DNA from: an uncultured Alphaproteobacteria bacterium
GTDB taxonomy: Bacteria; Pseudomonadota; Alphaproteobacteria; Rs-D84; CACZYB01
Assembly: GCA_934246625.1 (NCBI GenBank)
Contig: CAKQHZ010000001.1
Span: forward strand, 150,001 to 182,000
DNA length: 32,000 nucleotides
Reading direction: 5' to 3'
Shown: in pieces, positions 25,654 to 32,000 of the stretch
Position numbering within the stretch: position 1 is the first letter of the stretch
Layout: each line of letters opens with the position of its first letter
Notes under the pieces: generated by a model
The model's input: only the letters and a program-made list of their open reading frames with translations
Databases searched by the model: none
What the model was told of the DNA's origin: nothing
Position numbers and translations under genes: made by a program

Positions 25654-27012
25654 ATGAAGTTGTCATCTAGATTGTTTATGTGTTTGTTGGCTTTTTATTC
25701 AATTCCAACAAATAATTCTTTTGCCGCGAGGGGGTCTTCTACAAAAAAAAGAACAACAACAACAACTTCTACAAACACAACTGAACAAACAAAACAGGAT
25801 TGTATCACAAAATACATCTCTGCTTTGGATAAAGAGTGTTATAATGCCAATAATACAAATAAAGGTGGAGTATATTCTGATTGCAGTGATAAAACAATCA
25901 CTGAACTTTATGATGTGATGGATATGCAACTTGCAAGAATTGTCGGCAATAGTGAACTTTCAAAATTTTTGAAAAATTGCTCTTCTTACAAGGGTGAAGC
26001 CGTTTCAAAATGGCTTGGAGCAAAAAATGTTATTGAAAAAAGTGCTGTAAAATCATCAAGTGAATGTATTTATGCAACCGAAAAATTAAGTGCTGCAAAA
26101 AAATGTTATTCTGCAGCTTTGGCTCATGATGGAAACTTTTTTGACTTTGATAAATTAATGAAGGCAAATTGTGGAAGCTATCCTGAAGTTGCACAAAAGT
26201 TTTCAAAGGCTGGCGATTTAGGTTTATCAAATATTCCTAAAATGCTTGAAAATTACTCTACTGGACAATTTACAAATAAGGCTGATAATTGGAGAAATGC
26301 AGTTGAAGCAACTTTGGCTGGCTATATTTATGAAGCAAAAGATGCTTGTGGTGAGGAAAATTACGAAATAATCGAACTTAATACATTTGAAAAGGATAGC
26401 CGTGAAAACTTACTTACAAAGGCAAACGAAAGTTTTGTTTCACAAATTGGTGAACAATTAGGAAGCAGAACCGAAAACCTTCTTTCAACTGGAAAACCTA
26501 CTGTTGGCAAACCTACTCAAGCTGTAAATAACAATACTTTAATTGGGCAAACTGTTTCAACTTTCTATGAAAATATGGGTTGGAAAAATAATATTGCAAC
26601 TGGAAACGTTAAAAAACGTGTTGATAATTCAAAATTTGGAACAACATCTTCACAAAAAATCAATTACAAAGTAAAAGATGTATATATTATCGACAGAGTT
26701 TCAAACCTTAATAATGCAAAGGCAAGACTTTCAAATATTATTAAAACTGGTGATATTGGAACATCATACAATCAAGATGCCCTTGATATATCAATTTTGA
26801 ATGCTCTTGGAGCAAGAGTTGATGACTCCTCTGTTTATAATATTCTTGCAGATTTAGAAGATGGAGATACATTCATTGTAAAACAAAATAATGGTATGTG
26901 TATGGCATTGTATTTGAAAAATAATGAACTTATCAAACTTACAAACTCTGATGTTGATTATTTAACTGATTTACATAGCTATATGAATGGTTGTCAAGAT
27001 TTGGCTGAATAG
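25654..27012 (+). CDS. secreted Cys-rich hypothetical protein with a poly-Thr tract
   Basis: 452 aa. Signal peptide (...IPTNNSFAARG), a Thr-rich tract (KKRTTTTTSTNTTEQT) and about 12 Cys residues, mostly in the first 240 aa. No recognisable family. Confidence 0.7.
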   Translation: MKLSSRLFMCLLAFYSIPTNNSFAARGSSTKKRTTTTTSTNTTEQTKQDCITKYISALDKECYNANNTNKGGVYSDCSDKTITELYDVMDMQLARIVGNSELSKFLKNCSSYKGEAVSKWLGAKNVIEKSAVKSSSECIYATEKLSAAKKCYSAALAHDGNFFDFDKLMKANCGSYPEVAQKFSKAGDLGLSNIPKMLENYSTGQFTNKADNWRNAVEATLAGYIYEAKDACGEENYEIIELNTFEKDSRENLLTKANESFVSQIGEQLGSRTENLLSTGKPTVGKPTQAVNNNTLIGQTVSTFYENMGWKNNIATGNVKKRVDNSKFGTTSSQKINYKVKDVYIIDRVSNLNNAKARLSNIIKTGDIGTSYNQDALDISILNALGARVDDSSVYNILADLEDGDTFIVKQNNGMCMALYLKNNELIKLTNSDVDYLTDLHSYMNGCQDLAE

Positions 27013-27019
27013 GACAGAA

Positions 27020-28118
27020 ATGCAAGAAAATCTTATTTCTCAAATAAAACAGGTTATTTCTGAAATAAGGGGGTGTCTTTGACATAACCCGTCTTGAAGA
27101 TATTCAAAAAAATTTGGATAAAGAAGCAAATGAGCCAAACTTATGGAATGACAAGGACAAGGCTCAAAAAATCCTTACACAAAAGGCTGAAATAGATGGC
27201 AAAATTAAATTCCTTAGAAACATTGATACTGAATTTGAGGATTTGATTGAACTTCACAATATTGCAATTTCAGAAAATGACGAACAAAGCAAAGTTGAAA
27301 TTGAAAATTCACTTGAAATCTTTTTAAAAAAACTTTCAAAAGAAAAATTGGATTTAATGCTAAATGGTGAAGCGGATAGCAATTCTGCATATCTTGAAAT
27401 TCACAGTGGAGCTGGTGGCACAGAGGCTTGCGATTGGGCAGAAATGCTTCTTCGTATGTATTTAAGATGGGCAGAAAAACATAATTTTAAAGTTTCTTTG
27501 ATTGAAGAACACAGCGGTGATGAAGCTGGTATAAAATCTGCAACTTTGGAAATTGATGGAAGAAATGTTTATGGCTGGTTAAAAGGAGAAAGCGGTATTC
27601 ACAGACTTGTCCGCATATCTCCATTTGATAGTGGGGCAAGACGTCATACAAGTTTTGCATCTGTTTGGGTTTATCCTGTTGTTGATGATAAAATAAATAT
27701 TGAAATCAACGAAAAGGATTTGAAAATTGATACTTATCGTGCAAGTGGTGCTGGTGGTCAACATGTTAATAAAACAGATAGTGCCGTTCGAATTACTCAT
27801 TTACCGACTGGGGTTGTTGTTCAATGCCAAAATGAACGTTCACAATTTAAAAACAAAGAAATTGCTATGAGTATGCTTAAATCTCGACTTTATAATTTGG
27901 AACTTCAAAAACGACAAGAAGAGGCAGATAAAATCAATTCAACAAAATCTGAAATCGGTTGGGGTTCACAAATTCGTTCCTATGTTATGCAACCTTATCA
28001 AATGGTAAAGGATTTGCGAACCAATCATGAAACATCAAATGTTAGTGCGGTGTTAGATGGGGACATTGATGACTTTTTATCATCAACTCTTTTGTTTAAC
28101 AATACAAAAAGGGTATAG
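27020..28118 (+). CDS. prfB: peptide chain release factor 2, expressed via programmed +1 ribosomal frameshift
   Basis: Frame 0 runs from ATG 27020 (MQENLISQIKQVISEIRGCL) to an in-frame TGA at 27080-27082. The +1 frame from 27081 (DITRLEDIQKNLDKEANEPNLW...) is in frame with ORF 27114..28118. SPF motif (RISPFDSG) and GGQ motif (YRASGAGGQHVNKTDSAVR). Confidence 0.95.
27068..27083 (+). promoter_or_regulatory. prfB +1 frameshift site
   Basis: AGGGGG (an internal SD-like element), TGT, then CTT TGA C. This is the canonical autoregulatory RF2 frameshift cassette. Confidence 0.9.
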
Positions 28119-28131
28119 TCGCCCTTTCCCA

Positions 28132-29097
28132 TTAAAGATTATGAAAAACGTGTTTTTTGATTGAACGATATGGCTTTACAAAAAGTCTTCGTAATAAAAT
28201 ATTATATACACAAGTGTAAAGATTTAAAATTATATATAATGGATATTTTAAAACCCTTAAATATGATGGAAGAATAAAATCAATACCAGCCATAGTTTTA
28301 TAGTTAGAAGATTTTAAAATGCTTTTCCTTATCACCTTATCAAGATTTACCTTCTTTCTTTTTAAATGATTAAGGATAAGGTTAAAATCGTATTGCGGAT
28401 ATTTCTTCTTTAACTTTGGAAAAAGATTTGTAATATCCTCCTTTGACATATATTGTGTGAAAATACTTACCTTTAAAAGAAAACCATCTTGGTTTAAAAT
28501 TTGATTTGGGAAATAGCAATCATAATTTTTGATAAAGGTATCGGATTTGAAACCCAAAGAATAAAGAAGGTTTGAAAAACCCTTTTCATATAATTTGATT
28601 ATATCACCCTTGTTGGAAAGTTCCTTTATATCATCAAAAAATCTTTGAACCTTTTTATTTACAAAGACATTATGTTTCATCATAATAAAGTATGATTGTA
28701 TATGATATGAATGTCGTTTCGGATTTGGTGTAAAGCCATAAAAATCAGCATTACTTTTATAAAAATTATCTATAACCTTTTTTATATCATAAAATGGACC
28801 ATAAACAGAATCATTTATAAGTATTAAGTTATCATATTTACAGATAGTATCCCACCCAATGTTTTTGATAAGTTCTGACCAAGAACCGAAATCATATTTT
28901 TTGTGGCGATAGGTCCACATACCCTTTACAAATGGGGCAAGTTCAGATTTAGAGTTATTGTTCATCTTACAATCTGAAAGATAGTAGACATCACATATTT
29001 TTGAAAATTGTTTAATGCTGTAAAGGACGTAATTATCAATAATCCCGTCCTTATCATAGCCAGCAAAAAGACATAATGTTTTCATTTTATTTTTCAA
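28132..29097 (-). CDS. polysaccharide/LPS biosynthesis protein, rhamnan synthesis F (RgpF)-like glycosyltransferase family
   Basis: 321 aa; an alternative start at 29085 (MKTLCLF) lies 1 nt after the ctpA stop. The pattern CLFAGYDKDGIIDNYVLYSIKQ...YDFGSWSELIKN...YDNLILINDSVYGPF...DFYGFT...HIQSYFIMMK matches what I recall for short RgpF-like proteins (faHyD.dG.vddYv.yyl; N.GyDFGsw; yd.lil.NDSvyGP; HlQSYF). Confidence 0.5.
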   Translation of the reverse strand: MKNKMKTLCLFAGYDKDGIIDNYVLYSIKQFSKICDVYYLSDCKMNNNSKSELAPFVKGMWTYRHKKYDFGSWSELIKNIGWDTICKYDNLILINDSVYGPFYDIKKVIDNFYKSNADFYGFTPNPKRHSYHIQSYFIMMKHNVFVNKKVQRFFDDIKELSNKGDIIKLYEKGFSNLLYSLGFKSDTFIKNYDCYFPNQILNQDGFLLKVSIFTQYMSKEDITNLFPKLKKKYPQYDFNLILNHLKRKKVNLDKVIRKSILKSSNYKTMAGIDFILPSYLRVLKYPLYIILNLYTCVYNILLRRLFVKPYRSIKKHVFHNL

Positions 29098-30466
29098 TTG
29101 GTGTTTTTACTTTTGGCTTTGTGAAATTTTTATTTTCATATACTGCCAAACCCTTTACCATATCAATAGCACGAAGAAGTTGATAATCATTTGCATCTCG
29201 TTCTTCTTCTGCTTTTTCCTTATCTGACTTTTTATTTAATTTATCAGATTTTTTTGTATCATTTTTAAGGGCATTAGTCAAAGTTTCTTCGGCAAACATT
29301 CTGTTTTCTTTAAATTCTTCAAGTTTTGCACGATTTACTTCAACATCTGGAGTAATACCTTCTGCCTGTATTGAACGACCACTTGGAGTATAATATCTTG
29401 CAGTTGTAATTTTAAGGGCTGTGTCAGCCATAGGTATCAATGTTTGAACAGAACCCTTTCCATAAGATTTTGTTCCAATCAAAACTGCACGTCTGTGGTC
29501 TTGAAGTGCACCAGCAACAATTTCAGATGCAGATGCAGATGCTCCGTTTATAATTACAACCAGCGGTTTATTATCCAAAATATCACCTTCTGAGGCAAAG
29601 AAAACCCTATTGCCATTTTCCTGTCTTGACATAATAGATACGATTTCACCTTCTTCAAGGAAAGCATCTGAAACCTTTACTGCTTGGTCAAGAAGTCCAC
29701 CTGTGTTGTTTCGTAAATCCAAAACATAACCTATAATTTTATCGTTATTCATTTTATCAACTACTTTTTTAAGCTCGTTATATGAATTTTCATTAAATGT
29801 TGAAAGACGGATATAACCAACTGTGCCATCTGCCTTTAATTTTGATTTTACGGCATCAACTTTTATTATCGCACGAGTAAGGGTTAAATCAAATGGCTCC
29901 TTTCCTTCACGGAAAACTTTAAGTTTTACTTTTGAACCTGGGGTTCCCTTCATTTTTTTAACTGCTTCTTGAAGAGTCAAACCTTGAACTTGTTCATCAT
30001 CAATGTGTGTAATTAAATCACCTGGTTCAATGCCTGCTTTGAATGCAGGTGTATCGTCAATAGGAGAAATAACCTTGATTGCACCATTATCCATTGTTAC
30101 TTCAATACCAAGTCCGCCAAAGGCACCAGAAGTTTGTTCATTCATATCCTTGAAATCATCTTCGTTTAAAAATGATGAGTGAGGGTCAAGTTTTGATAAC
30201 ATACCATCAATGGCAGCTTCAATTAACTTTTTGTTGCTTACTTCATCAACATATCTTGCCTTTGTTATTTCAAAAGCCTTTCCAAACATTTCAAGATATT
30301 CATAGACATCATCATCTTTGTTTTTTGTATTAGATGTTTTTTCTTTTTCCTTTGCCCCACTTATATTTGAACTTGAAATTTCAAACATAACAATTGAACT
30401 TATAAAAAAGAAAAACGCAAGTATTGTAAAAATACGTGTTGTAGATGATTTTTGTTTTGACATCAA
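29087..30466 (-). CDS. ctpA: carboxy-terminal processing protease (S41 family)
   Basis: 459 aa. N-terminal TM anchor, PDZ domain (GGLGIEVTMDNGAIKVISPIDDTPAFKAGIEPGDLI), and S41 catalytic blocks (DLRNNTGGLLDQAV, NGASASASEIVAGALQD, GTKSYGKGSVQ). Confidence 0.93.
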   Translation of the reverse strand: MMSKQKSSTTRIFTILAFFFFISSIVMFEISSSNISGAKEKEKTSNTKNKDDDVYEYLEMFGKAFEITKARYVDEVSNKKLIEAAIDGMLSKLDPHSSFLNEDDFKDMNEQTSGAFGGLGIEVTMDNGAIKVISPIDDTPAFKAGIEPGDLITHIDDEQVQGLTLQEAVKKMKGTPGSKVKLKVFREGKEPFDLTLTRAIIKVDAVKSKLKADGTVGYIRLSTFNENSYNELKKVVDKMNNDKIIGYVLDLRNNTGGLLDQAVKVSDAFLEEGEIVSIMSRQENGNRVFFASEGDILDNKPLVVIINGASASASEIVAGALQDHRRAVLIGTKSYGKGSVQTLIPMADTALKITTARYYTPSGRSIQAEGITPDVEVNRAKLEEFKENRMFAEETLTNALKNDTKKSDKLNKKSDKEKAEEERDANDYQLLRAIDMVKGLAVYENKNFTKPKVKTPIEK

Positions 30467-30524
30467 TTTGCTCCCTTTTGTTTTTTATTTAGTTTAGTAT
30501 ATTTTTAATAAAAGTCAAAAATTT

Positions 30525-31676
30525 TTACCCCTTAAAATAAACAAGTGGGTTTATTGGAGTTTCTTTATCGCGAAGCTCTATATAAAATTCGGCATTACCC
30601 ATTTGTCCTACTGGTTCACCAGCAAGCAAACTTTGACCTTCACTTGCAAATACTTCATTCATACCACCCATAATGATATAGTAATCATCATTGCTGTGTA
30701 ATATAAGTAAATTTTTATATCCGTAAAAGGCACCTGCAAACACAACTTCGGCATCGGTTGGTGAAATTACCTGTGCATCATTTCGGGTTTTTATGTAAAG
30801 TCCCTTTGATTTAACACCACCAATTTTTTTATCACCAAAGTATGTTTCAATTTTTCCATCAACAGGAAGAGCAACTTTGCCAACGGAAAGTCGTCTTAAA
30901 CTTTGTGATTTTTTAAGACCTGCAAGACGTTTTGCCTCCTCCTTTTGCTTACGAAGTCGTTCCGCCTTTTTCAAAAATTCTTCGATTGTTTTTGATTCTG
31001 ATACAAGTTTTTTTATTTCCTTTTGCTTTTGCAAATTTTCGTTTGTTAATTTTTTATATGAAGATTGTTTTGATTTTATAAGGCTTGCAATTTTATCCTT
31101 TTCTCCCTTAACCTTATTATTCAAAGAGTAAATTGAAAGTTTTGCCCTTATAATATCATTTTTCAATTTTACAAGGTCATCTAAATCACGGGAAAATTCT
31201 GCACGAGATTTATTAAGGTTTTCAACAACTGTTTTAAGAAGAATTGAAGTATTAAACATTGTATCAATTTTCGATGGTGATACAACCAAATATCCCTTTG
31301 GTGTAAGAGATATATTTTCAAATATTGCAATTATTTTAACAAGTTCATCGTTATTGTTTTCGATTTTACGATTAAGGCTTCGTTCTTTGTCATAAAGTTT
31401 TACCAAATCCCTATCATATCCATTTAATTTACGTTCATATTTTTTAACATTGTTGGCAATTTCAACCATTTTATTTTGGGTTTGTTTTATTTCAGATTGA
31501 AGTTTTTTTGTTTGCTCCTCAAGAACCTTTGATTCCTTTTTTTTGGCTTCTATCTGTTTATTGATTTTTGCAAGATTTTTAGCAGATTTTTTTTGCGCAA
31601 AAGATGGTGTAATAAACATTACACAACCAAGAAATAATAGGATTATTTTTTTTATATCTTTTTTTAACAAAATCAT
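30525..31676 (-). CDS. EnvC-like murein hydrolase activator (coiled coil plus degenerate LytM/M23 domain)
   Basis: 383 aa. Signal peptide (...ITPSFAQ), ~230 aa of K/E/Q-rich coiled coil, then a C-terminal M23 fold (LPVDGKIETYFG..., NLLILHSNDDYYIIMGGM, GEPVGQMG). The Zn ligands are missing: KSKGLYIK replaces HxGxD, and EFYIELR replaces HLHFE. Confidence 0.8.
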   Translation of the reverse strand: MILLKKDIKKIILLFLGCVMFITPSFAQKKSAKNLAKINKQIEAKKKESKVLEEQTKKLQSEIKQTQNKMVEIANNVKKYERKLNGYDRDLVKLYDKERSLNRKIENNNDELVKIIAIFENISLTPKGYLVVSPSKIDTMFNTSILLKTVVENLNKSRAEFSRDLDDLVKLKNDIIRAKLSIYSLNNKVKGEKDKIASLIKSKQSSYKKLTNENLQKQKEIKKLVSESKTIEEFLKKAERLRKQKEEAKRLAGLKKSQSLRRLSVGKVALPVDGKIETYFGDKKIGGVKSKGLYIKTRNDAQVISPTDAEVVFAGAFYGYKNLLILHSNDDYYIIMGGMNEVFASEGQSLLAGEPVGQMGNAEFYIELRDKETPINPLVYFKG

Positions 31677-31733
31677 TTTATTAACCTTTTGTTTATGTTA
31701 TACTAGAATCAAAAAAAGTGCAAGGGTGAAGTA

Positions 31734-32000
31734 TTGGAATTTAATTTTTTACAAAATCCATCTGTGATAAAATTGTTTGACTTGTTTGAACAAGAAGATT
31801 GTCGATTATATGTTGTTGGTGGAGCTGTTAGAGATGCTTTTTTAGGAATAAAAACTAATGATATTGATTTTGCCACACCTGTGAAACCGGAAAAGGTTTT
31901 GGAAATGCTTCAATCACATAATATTGAAGTTGATTTAAAGGGAATTAAGTTTGGAACAATTTCCGCAAATATTGATGGGGAAAAGTTTGATATAACTACA
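31734..32000 (+). CDS. cca: CCA-adding tRNA nucleotidyltransferase / poly(A) polymerase family protein (N-terminal part; runs off the right edge of the window)
   Basis: Open-ended frame: (L/M)EFNFLQNPSVIKLFDLFEQEDCRLYVVGGAVRDAFLGIKTNDIDFATPVKPEKVLEML..., with the PolyA_pol head motif VGGxVRD...DxDF. An upstream in-frame stop at 31704-31706 leaves only non-ATG starts (TTG 31734 or GTG 31764). Confidence 0.75.
   Translation, partial: MEFNFLQNPSVIKLFDLFEQEDCRLYVVGGAVRDAFLGIKTNDIDFATPVKPEKVLEMLQSHNIEVDLKGIKFGTISANIDGEKFDITT

Noticed and set aside
27013-28118. prfB as a frameshifted pseudogene, or as the shorter ORF starting at 27114.
   Set aside because: The interruption is the canonical programmed +1 site (AGGGGG-N3-CTT TGA C), and the downstream frame is intact with SPF and GGQ motifs.
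29520-29545. A short tandem repeat (gcagat x3).
   Set aside because: It lies inside ctpA and encodes the conserved S41 active-site block ASASASE, so it is not a regulatory or hypervariable repeat.
31543-31767. Plus-strand 74-aa ORF spanning the envC-like start and the promoter region.
   Set aside because: It is antisense to the envC-like N-terminus and out of frame with the cca-type gene, whose frame opens after the stop at 31704-31706.
1-32000. A mobile element, genomic island or CRISPR array explaining the accessory region.
   Set aside because: I saw no integrase, transposase or recombinase gene, no tRNA attachment site, no flanking direct or inverted repeats, and no spaced-repeat array. 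Base composition looks uniform across the window by eye.

Overview
AT-rich (about 30% GC by eye), gene-dense bacterial chromosomal segment with no rRNA, tRNA, CRISPR or transposase/integrase genes. Several features point to an alphaproteobacterium, possibly Rickettsiales-like or another reduced-genome lineage: an RHH_4-type protein, an envC-like/ctpA pair, an AsmA-like protein, and prfB with the canonical +1 frameshift (so UGA is a stop and the code is standard). The region 12.6-32 kb is mostly housekeeping: AsmA-like, uvrB, a WG-repeat protein, a lipoprotein, comM/yifB, an OM beta-barrel, ddl-like, alaS, a secreted Cys-rich orphan, prfB, an RgpF-like glycosyltransferase, ctpA, a degenerate-LytM EnvC-like activator, and the start of cca. 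The unusual part is 1-12.5 kb. On the minus strand, a tightly coupled operon holds an 87-aa two-TM ORF followed by five tandem paralogous VirB6/TrbL-like polytopic membrane proteins; the last one runs off the left edge. All five share a CxxC-helix motif, and no other type IV secretion gene is visible in the window. Diverging from the same 74-bp promoter region is a five-gene plus-strand operon: a 492-aa acidic orphan, a membrane-anchored NERD-like protein, a 187-aa orphan, a SUKH/SMI1-KNR4-like immunity-type protein and an RHH protein. I read this as a candidate effector or toxin-immunity (conflict) module linked to the VirB6-like array. All family assignments come from motif recognition by eye and need HMM or structure confirmation.
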